The notes below the pieces were generated by a model, which made no database searches, was not told the origin of the DNA, and was given only the letters and a program-made list of their open reading frames with translations. Shown here one piece after another: positions 24,178 to 36,918 of a DNA stretch of 64,000 nucleotides (the stretch's first letter is position 1; each line of letters opens with the position of its first letter). The translations under genes were made by a program, and so were the position numbers. This stretch comes from Octopus sinensis (Eukaryota): NCBI RefSeq assembly GCF_006345805.1, contig NC_043014.1, positions 14,694,001-14,758,000 on the forward strand, read 5' to 3'.

Positions 24178-24778
24178 GCTTGTATGTTGCTTTTGTGCGA
24201 ACTGCCATGCTACACGACTGTGCTGGTATGGTCTTGTGTTATGTATGGATGAGGACAGCTGTGAGGAAGTGCCACTCCCAGGAAGACATGGCATGAGATA
24301 GTGAAGCATGACCTTCGAACAGTGGGCCTCACAGAGGCAATGACAGGAGACCATGACCTTTGGAGATATGCTGTGATTGAGAAGATCCGGCAACTAAAGT
24401 GAGATGGCAGCTATGGCCAATGCCAATGTTGCATGTCCAGCCCATTTAAGAGTACCCTTGATGCGTTGGGTGAGATAATATGCTTGAGAAGACCTGTTGA
24501 GTCAAGTAAACCCAAAATTGCAGCTGTGGCTAGTGCCCCCTGACTGGCTCCCGTGCTGGTGGTACATAAAAAGCACCTACTACACTCTCGGAGTAGTTGC
24601 ATTATGAAGGGCATCCAGCTGTAGAAACATTGCCAGATCAGATTGGAGCCTGGTGCAGCCACTGGCTCTATAGACCTCAGTCAAACTGTCCAACCCATGC
24701 CATCATGGGAAACAGACGTTAAACAATGATGATGATGATGATGATAATAATATATATATATATATATATATATAAAGA

Positions 24779-25062
24779 TTATTTGCCAACATAATGTGGC
24801 AGTCTTAGTTAGGACGAATGTTACTGTTATTTATCCCCAGGAAGCATCGTCTACAGCTGGCTATACAACACTCTATCTGCATCCTTATATTTTTGAACAA
24901 GGGAGTTTAGCATCCGCACTATGTGGGAATGCTAAACTCCCTTGTTTGAAAACAAAGGAAGCAGATAACATATCGTATAGCCAGTTCGAGATGATTTTTC
25001 CTGGGGCTAAATAACAGTAACATTCGTCCTAACCAGGACTGCCACATTATGTTGGCAAATAA
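24779..25062. mobile_element. Fold-back MITE-like element (284 bp, palindromic throughout)
   Basis: Ends TTATTTGCCAACATAATGTGGCAGTC / GACTGCCACATTATGTTGGCAAATAA; centre AACAAGGGAGTTTAGCAT / ATGCTAAACTCCCTTGTT. Confidence 0.85.
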
Positions 25063-25179
25063 TTTTTACTCTAGAGCACTGTTACTGAATGTCTTCTCTT
25101 GTTGAGAGATTTAGAAATAATAATTTATATATATATAAAAAAGTTTTTGTCCGTCTTGAGGCTGATAGAGGTTCCTTGT

Positions 25180-25262
25180 CTTTCCTGATGAGAAGACGGC
25201 ATAATGCACCCTTTATTCCTTCGGAATTAAGAATATGCAGTCTTCGAAACATGTGTTGAAAG
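25180..25262 (+). ncRNA. Type I hammerhead ribozyme, same family as 540-625, GUU cleavage triplet
   Basis: CTTTC-CTGATGA-GAAGAC...GTCTTC-GAAA-CATGTG-TT-GAAAG, with an inner TTTATTCC/GGAAT hairpin as in the 540-625 copy. Confidence 0.72.
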
Positions 25263-25957
25263 TAAAGGTATTTTGTTAAAATCTTCGTTCGACTCCATTC
25301 TTTCATTTATTCTTTTTAAAAAAAAAAATATATATATATATGTATGTATGTATGTATATACATATTTCACTTTCATTTAACCAAATTCACTTACAAGGCT
25401 TTGGTCAGCCCAAAGCTATTGTAGAAGACATTAGCCCAAGTTGCCATGCTGTAGGATTGAATCCAAAAGCATATGGTTAGGGTGCATACTTCGTACCACA
25501 CAGCCATGCCTGCACCTTCCTGTGAAACCAAGCGTTACCCTAGCAAGAATTCAATGCCACAGGCCATTGTTTCTTTTAGAAGAATTCACGTTACCTGCCG
25601 TGAACTATTGCTTCACCTGTTGGTCAGCTCTTTGATCACAAATTCACAAAGTTTGTACCCAGCTCTCTTACTCTCTCTCTCTTTTACTGTTTTACTTGTT
25701 TCAGTCATGTGACCATGGCCATGCTGGAGCACCGTCTTTAGTCAAGCAAATCGACCCCAGGACTTATTCTTTGGAAGCCTAGTACTTATTCTATTGGTCT
25801 CTTTTTTTTGAACTGCTAAGTTACAGGGACGTAAACACACCAGCATCGGTTGTCAAGCGAATAATAAATAATAAATAACATTTACACGAATAAATGAATA
25901 ATAAAAAAAACATTTACACAAAAATAAAAATGCAACAAGAAAAAAAAGAATAATTAC

Positions 25958-26157
25958 TTGAGACTTTCACCAGTTTCACACAACTTATTAAAATCCTCGA
26001 GCTTCTCTTTAACAATCTCAAGATCCTGGTCACATTGTGAAATGTCCCCATCAAAAGATAGGTTCTGCTCTGCTTGTTCCCATCTATCAGCGAATTTCTG
26101 AACAGCAGTGTGGAAGGATGCAACATCAGATTCCAAATTGTTTCTCATAACATCCAT
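25958..26157 (-). CDS. DYNC2H1: Dynein-2 heavy chain exon 8: MDVMRNNLESDVASFHTAVQKFADRWEQAEQNLSFDGDISQCDQDLEIVKEKLEDFNKLCETGESL(K)
   Basis: Collinear with recalled IEVMKGNVKSRLQIYYQELEKFKARWDQLKP. Acceptor ctctttcag, donor gtaatt, 200 nt. Confidence 0.9.
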
Positions 26158-26579
26158 CTGAAAGAGAAATAAATAGGTAATCAGAAAGACGGATATCTTT
26201 TAATCTTCGTCTTCTATTTTTTACTTGTGTCAGTCATTAGTCTGTAGCCATGTTGGGGCACTACTCTGAAGAATTTTAGTCAATCAAATCGATTCCGGTA
26301 CTTATTTTTTTAAAGCCTGGTACTTACTCCATTGGTCTCTTTTGCCAAATGACTAAGTCATGGGGTCATAAATATACAAGTTGTCAAGTGGTGGTGAGAG
26401 ACAAACACATATACAAAGACACACACAAACACATATAACAAATGAAAGTAAGAAAAAATGGAATTTATGATGACATCAGGTACCCAAAGACAGTGGACAT
26501 GCTTTAAATGGCATAGTACCAAGTGTATACCTACATTTGAAATAATCACTATGTGTATATATACATATAGATATATATA

Positions 26580-26754
26580 CTGTTGTCTCTGGGGAGAGTC
26601 ATTTTCATTTTGTGCCTTATAATGTAACACACTCACTGGTAAAATTTCCACTTATTCCTTATTTTTATTTTCCTAAAATTTTTGTTGCGTCTTGCAACCT
26701 TTTCAATAGTCTTATAAGGCACAAAAAGAAAATGACTCTCCCCAGACACAACAG
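26580..26754. mobile_element. MITE with ~43-bp terminal inverted repeats
   Basis: CTGTTGTCTCTGGGGAGAGTCATTTTC...GCCTTATAA / TTATAAGGC...GAAAATGACTCTCCCCAGACACAACAG. Confidence 0.75.
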
Positions 26755-27187
26755 AATATGCTTCAACACACGAACTCATATAAAGAATCTTGCAAACCAA
26801 ATCTCAAAACGAAATACATATATATATATATAAATAAAAACTTACTTGGAGAAGCGAAATGAAGAGAAACGACGCGTGCGTTCGGTCATATAATAATATA
26901 ATAAATAAATAAAATATATGCATATATACATACATATATGTACATACTTACATCTACATGTATATATACAAGCATATATATATATATATATATGAGTACA
27001 GGACACCACAAATAAACATAGAACACAACAAGAAACGAAAACAAAATCAAACAAGGAAACGGACTTTATTTAACAACGAAAAAACAGAGTACAGGACAAA
27101 CAATACAAGGAAAATTCCCCTTCATCAGTTGTCCCTGGTTTGGCTCAATGCATGTTCTAAGATATATATATATATAATATATATATA

Positions 27188-28478
27188 CAGGGTGCAGTGA
27201 ATAAACACTAAATTATGCAAAAACGAAAATAACACTGACATCTTATTTTAACAGTTATATTTACCAAAATTACATTAAAATATCTTGAAATACTAAAAAG
27301 TAATTTTATTCAGTAAAATCGCCATTAGCTTCAACCACAGCCTCCAGACAACTTCTGAATCTCCTGCAACTCTTCAGGACGGTCTCCTTGTTTAAGTTGG
27401 TGAATGCTGCCATAATCCTTGGCTTCAGTTCATCTTTGGTGTTACAAGGAGTTTTGTTGGTCTCTCGCTCAATTGCACCCCACACATAATAATCAAGTGG
27501 GTTGCAGTCTGGAGAGTTAGGTGGCCAGATGTTGGGGGTGATGTGGTTGCAGAAATCGTGTGACAGCCATGACTGGGTCCTCTTGCTTGTGTGGCATGGT
27601 GCAGAGTCTTGTTGCCAGACTCAGGGCGGGACTACCTTCGCCAAGAACTTGATGTAGGCCTCCATGTTGAGTCTGAGGATGTGTGGGAAGATAATGGAGG
27701 CATAATGTCACTATCATTCATGATCACTCCAAACATCATGAGTGTTTTGAGGGGATGTTAGATTTTTATCACTCTTAATACATGTCCTTAGATTGCACTG
27801 TCTTCAGCCTGACACCCAAACACTCTGAAATGTTCATATTGGAATGATCACATATCTCAGCCCTTTGTCATCTCCTTCATAAGGTCCAGCATTTTTTGAG
27901 ATTAGCTTTCAACATTTTATCCATATGATTCCATATAGATAAAGACTATAACTGTGGCCTATGCCAGTGCCTCAGAATTCCTAACCTTGATTCCTGCAAT
28001 GGACCAGCATCTTGTTTAGAGAAAGTATTATGATGTCAGTCACTTATACACCATAAAAACCAGGAAACCAGCCTTATGAGTTTGAGGAATGAAGAAAAAT
28101 TATTATAAAAAAAGTGGCTATGTGGTAAGAAGTTTGCCTCTCAAACACATGGTTCCAGGTTCAGTCCCACTGTGTGGCTCTTTAGGCAAGTGTCTCCTAC
28201 TACAGACCTGATCCAACCAAAGCCTTCTGAGTAGATTTTGCAGACAGAAATTGAAAGAAGCCTATCATATACAGGCGTAGTGGGTAAATTGTCACTATTT
28301 TATATTTTTAATTTCATGCATGTGTATTGTTTGTTTTTGATTTTGTTGACTACACAGTATAGTAGGGTCAGCTGGGCACTGTTTGTCAGAAAAACAGTAC
28401 CATGATGCAATTCACTCTACCAGAAATTTGGAAATGACATACTATAACTGCTTGGTACTCACACCAGAAGTTCCAATA
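27188..28478 (-). mobile_element. maT-like element of the same family as 39809-40963, split by an inversion
   Basis: The 3' part is on the minus strand at 27188-27844 and the 5' part on the plus strand at 28272-28478. Both align by eye to the 39809 copy. Confidence 0.75.
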
Positions 28479-29762
28479 AGCCCATTTAAGAGTACCCTTC
28501 GATTACTAGACAATATACTACGCTTGTGAAGATCTGTTGTGAAATTGTTGTCGTGGCCAATGACAGTACAGCCTGATTGGCATCTGTGCCACTGGAGTGT
28601 TAAAAGCACCATTCGAGTGCGATCATTGCCAGGGCTGCTGACTGGATCCTGTGCCGGTGGCACGTAAAAAGCATCATTCGAGCGTGATCGTTGCCAGTGT
28701 CGCCTGACTGGCTCCTGTCCTAGTAGCATGTTAAAACCACCATTTGAGTGTAGTCGTTCTCAGTGCTGCCGGACTGTCTCCTGTGCAGGTGGCACGTAAA
28801 AAGCACCATTTGAGCACAGCCAATGCCAGTACTGCCTGACTGGCCCCGTGCCGGTGGCACATAAAAGCACCTACTACACTCTCAGAGTGGTTGGTGTTAG
28901 GAAGGGCATCCAACTATAGAAACTTTGCCAGATCAGATTGGAGCCTGGTGCAGCCTTCTGGCTCGCCAGCCCTCAGTCAAACCATCCAACCCATGCCAGC
29001 TTGGAAAGCGGACGTGAAACAACAACCATAATGATGATGATGATGAAAGACATGTATATAAACATAATTACATGTAGATAAAACAATCCATGCATACGCA
29101 ACACTACAATGACCCAATAAAACAAGATAACCCATACAGCACATATATAACACTGTTTAGTACAAGCACTCACAGGGTCAGTTACCTGATTTCTATTGCA
29201 TGTAAGTGATCAAGGTCATAAGATTCTTCCTAAACAGGATGCTAGTCTGCCACAGAGATATCCATTTACAGCTGAGTGGGCCGGAGCAATGTGAAATGAA
29301 GATTTTCATTCAAGAACACGAAGTACTGACCAGTCAGGGAATCGAAACCACAATCTTGCGATCATGACTGCAACACTGTAACCACTAGGCCACGTGCTCT
29401 CACATGCTGCACTATCGCCGTCCAATGAACAAAGCGACTCGCACAGAATATATTCTATCCAATGATCTTGCAGTATGACGTAAAACAATTCACACATCAT
29501 ACATTCTATACAGCAAACAGATGAAACATTAAACTAATGCCAGAGACAACAAAACACTTACTCTGTACCTGAAGAAAGAAAAGGGCACTTGTGTAAACAA
29601 ATAAGCTGGAATAATAGCTTGTGTTCAGATGTAAACAGACCACCAACATGTTATAAAGAAAGCATTTTGTTTGTTTAGCTTGACCACATGTACAGCTTTT
29701 AAGCCATCCATTAAGAGGAAGCAATAAATACAGATGGAATACAGACAGGCTTGTATACTTAC

Positions 29763-29912
29763 TCTTTTAGTAATCATAGAATTATGGCTGTCCAAAACAA
29801 GCTCAAAACTGTCCCAGTGGGAAGCAAGCTTCATGACGTTGTCCAGTTCTTGGCCGGCAAAGGAACGCAATAATTTGTTTTTCGCCTGAGCCTTTTCAAA
29901 CAAGTCTTTGAT
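29763..29912 (-). CDS. DYNC2H1: Dynein-2 heavy chain exon 7: IKDLFEKAQAKNKLLRSFAGQELDNVMKLASHWDSFELVLDSHNSMITKR
   Basis: Matches recalled EAEDKNRLLRTVAGGGLETISNLKAKWDKFELMMESHQLMIKDQ. Acceptor cctttcag, donor gtaagt, 150 nt. Follows an 18,349-nt intron. Confidence 0.94.
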
Positions 29913-31963
29913 CTGAAAGGGGGAACGAAATTGGAAATTATATTTAAAGCACAGCCACAACACTGTAAAAGCAATTTCGGTTTTGTTACGCTGATAAAAC
30001 GTGAGCACCACACAAACTTCAGTTCTAATAAAGAATGACATTTCTCAGGAGCGCCAACAGTAATTACCAATTCTTTTTCATTGCCAATCTATTTTTTCAT
30101 TACCAAAAAAAAAAAAATAAATAAATAAATAAAACAAAATTAAAATAAAATAAAAATAAAACATACAAAAACAATCCATTCTCTCTTTCTTCTGCGTAGA
30201 TGGACTTCATTAAAAAGCAAATTACAATTGATATCATTATTCTCTTTGTTGTATATGCACAGTTTCCTTCGTCGCCTTTCTTGTCACAGTTGTCATCATC
30301 GTCATCATCATCATCATCATCATCATCCTCACCATCATAATTGGTAGTGGTGGTATCATCATCTTCATTGCCATCATTACATTATTAAACACGATCATCA
30401 TCACCATCTCAGTGATGATGATGATAGCAGTGGTGGTGATGATTATGGTGGTGGTGATGATTATGGTGGTAGTGATGATTATGGTGGTAGTGATGATGAT
30501 AATGTTTATCATCAACATCATCGCCTTTGTCATCATCATCAGCAGCAGCAGTAGCAGCACCATCACCTCCACTGGTGTCACCTCATCAAAGTTGTTTCAT
30601 TTCTTACGTTTTTCTCTTCTTACGTAGACTTTTATTCTAATTTAATTAATTAGTAAATGATAGCTTCTTCACTTACATCACCACCATTATTTGTTTTTTG
30701 TTTGTTTGTTTTTGCCCATTTATTTTTCATTTTTTTTTTTTGCATTTGAATTATTACGTTTCTATTGATAAACAGTCGCAAGCATTGAGTGTTTGACGGT
30801 CACATACATCGGCCGTTCCGGAATCAGAAGACTGACAACCAAGATAGTCGACATGGACCAAATGTATAAACAACATTTACTTCCACCTCTGTCATGTCAA
30901 AGTTTAAAGACTTCCATACTTGACATTCTCTTTCATCCTCCTGGTGGTTGAAAAAGAAACCATTCACCTTGATTAGCCAATCAGAAAGCAGCTGATGAAG
31001 ATAATTAGATCTACATGAAAACTCTACAGCTTGCCAAATATTTAATAACTTACCTAAGTCAGAAATCACAATAAGAATCTTTTCATATTTTATTTTCTAT
31101 CTTTTACTTGTTTCAGTCATTGGACAGCAGCCATGCTGGGACACCACCTTGAAGGGTTTTAGTTGAACAAATCAATCCCAGTAGTTATGTTCTTATCTTA
31201 AGAGTGATAATTATTCTATCAGTCTCTTTTGCCAAGCTGCTGGGTTTCAGGGACATAACCCTTTAGTATTTAAACCAGCCATATCTGGCCTGAATATTCT
31301 ACATGTTTTATATTTGAACTAGCCATATCTGGCCTCTTACACCTAACCTATTCTTTCTTTCATTCTTTCTTTTATTCTTTTACTTGTTTCAGTCATTTGA
31401 CTGCGACCATACTGGAGCACCGCCTTTAATCGAGCAACTCGACACCGGGACTTATTCTTTTGTAAGCCCAGTACTTATTCTATCGGTCTCTTTTACCGAA
31501 CCGCTAGATAACGGGGACATAAACACACCAGCATCGGTTGTCATGCAATGCTAGGGGGACAAACATACACACGCATATATATACATATATACGATGGGCT
31601 TCTTTCAGTTTCCATCTACCAAATCCACTCACAAGGCTTTGGTCGGCCCGAGTAGAAGACACTTGCCCAAGGTGTCATGCAGTGGGACTGAACCCGGGAC
31701 CATGTGGTTGGTAAACAAGCTACTTACCACACAGCCACTCCTGCGCCTATATTGACATTCTAAAAATAAATAATCACATCATTGAGATTTCAAAGCCATG
31801 AGATAATGCATGATTAATTCAAAACAATTTGAGGGAAAAGGCATTACATTTAACAGAGTAATCTGAACACTAAAAGGATAAACAAACCAACATTGGTTAT
31901 CAAGCAGTGGGGGAGCACAAACACAGACACACACATGCACATTCATACATACATACATATGTA

Positions 31964-32000
<37 letters not shown>

Positions 32001-32009
<9 letters not shown>

Positions 32010-32548
32010 AAATCCGTTCTGTCTGTCTGTGTGTGTGTCTTCCAGGATCTCGGGCATCCTCCATCCGATTGTGCTCAAATTTGATATGCAGATACCGATG
32101 GTATCAGGGCATGTATAAGTCTTGAAAAAATTACAAAAATCGATTCCAGGTGAGAATGCGATTGATAAAGCCTGGGAATGTGCATTTGTACATGCAAGTA
32201 CATCAGCTGTTGCGATCGATACTACACGTATGCGAGAAAAATGCACATGCATTTTGCACAAAAAAAGCCAGCTGGCTTGAAATAATGCCACAAAATACAG
32301 TATATTTAAGAGACCAAAAATGTAAGATGCAAAAGAGATATTTTCTTCAAACTTGGCATGAAGGAAGGAAAGACTATTTGGTTTCTCAAGAAGTTTTTTT
32401 TTTTGCCTTAAATTCGTTTAGCAAAACCAAAAATTTTATTGAAATAAAGGCATGCTTAATTATTTTTTAATGAAAAGAAAACACTGATTGCTTTTTATTC
32501 AGCAGATATGATTCAGCACCATCCATTGGACGGGGAGTGTTTTGCTCG
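32001..32548 (+). mobile_element. Non-autonomous Helitron-like element
   Basis: Starts in (TA)n with TATATAAAATCCGTTCTGTCTGTCTG; ends CCATTGGACGGGGAGTGTTTTGCTCG-T (degenerate CTAG). The start is approximate. Confidence 0.6.
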
Positions 32549-32920
32549 TGTATATATATATATATATATATAAATTTAAGTCACAATATATGGATTAACG
32601 TAATCTGGTAGTATTCATCAAAAAAGCTCCTTAGTGTATCATTCTCCAAAATATAAGATATATAGTACAATACAAGAGAAAACGATAAGGAATGTATAGT
32701 CATAAATGACAGAAATAGTTTGAAGACCATTTTGCATTAATGCAGGCATGTAAGTAATTTATTTATTATTGAATATAATAATATAAATCATTTACAAGAT
32801 GTTAAGTTATGAAACAATTTGTCATGATATATGAATTTTCCTACTGTTAACTAAAATTTCATCAAACTATTTTTTTGTCATGAATGATTTTGTCACTTGT
32901 AGAAAACGACTGTCTCTACA

Positions 32921-32960
32921 TAAACCTGATGATTGCACAACACATGAAAGTACTAGTTTA
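32921..32960 (+). ncRNA. Minimal hammerhead motif with decayed stem II
   Basis: TAAAC-CTGATGA-TTGCACAACACAT-GAAA-GTAC-TA-GTTTA. Stem I is perfect, stem III is the palindrome AGTACT, CUA site. Confidence 0.55.
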
Positions 32961-33119
32961 TTTCAATATTATAAAATTGTAAAAACATAAATTGCAAGTA
33001 ATAAAACATAAAAAAAAACAAAGTCAGAATTTCAATGATAAATATATCCTTCAATACACAATCATACAAACTCACACACACACATATCTATCTATCTGTC
33101 TATCTACATACATACATAC

Positions 33120-33163
<44 letters not shown>

Positions 33164-33796
33164 TTCTCTTTAGTCATGAATGACTATGGGGTTGTACACA
33201 GAAAATTCCCTTTTGAGGTACGAGTCTGGGCAAAGTTGTTAGTGGAAGACCTGCAATCACTCATGCATATCGATCTCCCTTCTCCACATCACTGATACTG
33301 TCCAAGAGAAAGGCAAAGGCCAGGACAATTTGGCACCAGTGATGTTGCAACCCTTTTCTACAGTTGAGTGACCTGAAGAAATCTGAAATAAAGTATCTTG
33401 CTGAAGAACACAACACACAGGCCAGTCCAGGAATTGAACTCACAACCCCATGATCGTAAACCTGATGCTCTAACCAGTGAGCCATGTGCCTTCAGACACA
33501 TACACACACACATCTATCTATCTATCTATCTATCTCTATCTATCTATCTATCTATCTCTCTCTCTCTCTATCTCTATATATATATATATATATATATATA
33601 AATATATATATGTGTGTAAGGCAATTACTAGGAATACAGAGATCAGTGATACAGTATATTTGGTTTAAAGTTGTCCAGCACACATCTCTGCTGCATAGTA
33701 AACCAGCAATTACATTTCATTCAGTTATTTTCAACTGGTTAGCAGTCTATACAACTTTAGTCAAGAACCATCCACAGATGAGATCCAAAACGAACT

Positions 33797-34011
33797 AAGT
33801 GTATATGTGCTTTGCTAATGTGGTTTTGCTAGGTTTTCATAGCTTTTGAGAGGAAAGAATGTGAGGGGGAGATTTAGAAATTTGATATGGCTATAAAACC
33901 GTATGATAGTTTTTATAGCCACATCAAGTTTCCAAATCTCCCCTTCACATTTTTTCTCTCAAAAACTATAAAAACCTAGCAGAATAACATTAATCAAACC
34001 TACATACACTT
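33797..34011. repeat. Fold-back element (~215 bp)
   Basis: AATGTGAGGGGGAGATTT...GGCTATAAAA / TTTTATAGCC...AAATCTCCCCTTCACATT, extending to AAGTGTAT/ATACACTT. Confidence 0.8.
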
Positions 34012-36136
34012 ACTTTGCATTGGACACATCAGTGGATGGTCCTTCAATAAAGTTGCAAAGACTGCTAACTAGCAAAAAATTGTGGGATGCAAATAGGATT
34101 GCTAGTTTCCTATGAAGTAGAAATGTGCATTGGGCACATTTAAATCAAATGTGCTGTGTAATTACTCTCTTTACCCCTTACTCTTTTACTTGTTTCAGTC
34201 ATTTGACTGCGGCCATGCTGGAGCACCTCCTTTAATCGAGTAAATCAACCCTAGGACTTATTCTTTGTAAGCCTAGTACTTATTCTATCGGTCTCTTTCG
34301 CCGAACCGCTAAGTTACGGGGACGAAAATACACCAGCATCGGTTATCAAGCGATGTTGGGGAGACAAACACAGACACACAAACATATACACACGCATACA
34401 TATATATATATATATACACATATATACGATGGGCTTATTTCAGTTTCCGTCTACCAAGGCTTTGGTTGGCCCGAGGCTATAGCAGAAGACACTTGCCCAA
34501 AGTGTCACGCTGTGGGAATGAACCCAGAACCATGTGCTTGGTAAGCAAGCTACTTACCACACAGCCACTCCTGTTACTATGACTGTAGAAATGAGAAAAA
34601 TACACAGATGTATTAATCTTTGTATTTATTTTAATTGTCTTGGATACACACTCGGTAAAATATTTGTAATCCAGTGAAGTGAACCCAGGATTTCTCTATA
34701 GGATGAATTACAGTAGGATCGCTTACCTTAAGTAATCCTAGGTGCTCCTAACAAATTGATGCAGTTGACCAGAACCCAGAATACAACTGAGTGCTCTTAT
34801 GGTACCCGCCTCAATAATAAATCCCTATCTATATTTATTCACCATACATACACACACACATGTAAAAACGGTGCTTTTACACATTTTCCTGTATTTTTGC
34901 CCATAGCACTGTTTTTTCTTGTATGTGTGCATATAGATGTATGATCATTTTTGTGTGTGTGTGTGTGTGTGTGTGCGTGCATAGACGTGTGCGTGTGCAT
35001 AAGGATATGTGCATATATAGATGTGGTTTACTCTTTGTATACTCCCTTGTGCCTTTTTCTGTATTGCTAACCTTAACCCTGTTTTTTCTTGTCTTTGTGC
35101 ATATATAGACGTGTGTATGAACCTTTATGGTGCGCATGTGTGTGTGAGTTTGTATGTATATATATATATACATTTAATGAAGGATGAGAGTGAGGATGTG
35201 TATGTTTCAAGTGAGGGTGGATGAATGTATACTCTTAGGTGCACGCATGTGGGTGTGTGGGCGCACATGTGTAGGTATAAACAGGCGCGCTTACGTGATT
35301 ACTATGAACTTTTTTTACCCCCTTACTTTACTCCCTCTCCTTACTTAGCGGTCATTCGAATAGCTCTTTTGTCTTAATAACAGTCAATCACACAGTAATT
35401 TCCCTTTGTATAACGCTCATTTTTCATAGCATTTTTCCGATGGCCAGATAACTAAAGAGATGGCAGTGTGAATTTCCACTTTGGCATCCGAAAGTCGAAG
35501 TTTTATCATGGCTACCAAATAATTATCACACATTACATTTAGAGATAAATTCCTCTATTTATGTAATATCGAGGTCTCTTTCTTTCTTTTGTTGTCTTAC
35601 CATTTTTATCAATATATATATATATATATATAATATATAGTTGATCCAAACATGAAAACACAAAGAGAAAACACAAGAACGCAAGGACGTGGAACAAGTA
35701 TAGTATTATTGAATGCTCAGGAAAGAAGGAGGGTTTAACGTTTCAAGTGGAGCTCTTTGTCAGAAACATAGGAAAAGGAAAGATCCAAAGAAGGGAAGAT
35801 GGAGGAAAAAAAAATCGCCAATGGTACACATGCGGTCACATTTTGAATGACCGGAAGGGAATGGGTGAAGAAAAATTTCTTTCAAAGACAGGAGAGTGCA
35901 AGAGGAGGTGTGTAAGTGTGGATATGTGCATGCGTGCAGGTCTGTGTGTGTGTGGTTGTGGCTGTTAATCTATGTGTATGGTAGGGCTTAGTATCGTTTA
36001 AGGTTAAGGAAAAATGAAGTAGGAGTGGCTCTTGTGCCTACCTACCCATGTGCGTTGAAGAATGGTCAGTGAAAGGTACTGGTAGTTTGAAGTATGTGTG
36101 TGTGTGTGTATGTGTATGTATTGTGTGTAGTGTGTT

Positions 36137-36171
<35 letters not shown>

Positions 36172-36918
36172 GTGTTCATGTGTGCATGCATAGAGGTTGT
36201 GTGTGTAGGGAATAACTGTGCTTTACTTTGTGCATATGTGTGTGTGTGCTTGAATGTGCGTGTGTATACATGCATGTATAATTGTGTGTGTGTTTGTATG
36301 AGTGTATGGGAGGTATGTGTGGGTTCATTTGTGTGTGTGCGTGCGTGTCGTATGTGCGTGCGTGTCATATGTGCATGTATGTGTGCGTGTGTATGTGTGT
36401 GCGTGTATGCGTATGTGGGTGTATATACGTGTATCCGTGGCGTTGTGAGTCTTAGGTGTGCGCATTCGTGTGTGTGTGCGCGCGTATGTGTGCACATGTT
36501 TGTGTGTGCGTGTGTGTGTCTATATGTGTATACATAATCATATAAATATGTGTACGTATATATGTTCATTCCCTCAAATTTGAATAACACTTGCATTTAA
36601 CTCCATTTATATATATATTGGTATAGGTATGGCTTAAGAACTGGTATTGGTGTGTTTACTTAGCTATTCAGCAAAAGTGACTGAGAAAATAAGCACCAGT
36701 CACAAAAAAAAAAAGTAACTACTGGGGTTGATTCCTTCAACTAAAATTCTTCAAGGTGGTGCTCCAGCATGGCCGCAGTGTAATGAATCAAACAAGCAAA
36801 CGATAAAAGATAAAAGATACAAAGGGCTTCCACACAGTTTCCGTCTACCAAATTCACTCACAAGGCACTGATCAGCCCGGGGATAGGATATTGTAGAAAA
36901 CACTTATCCAAGAATGCT

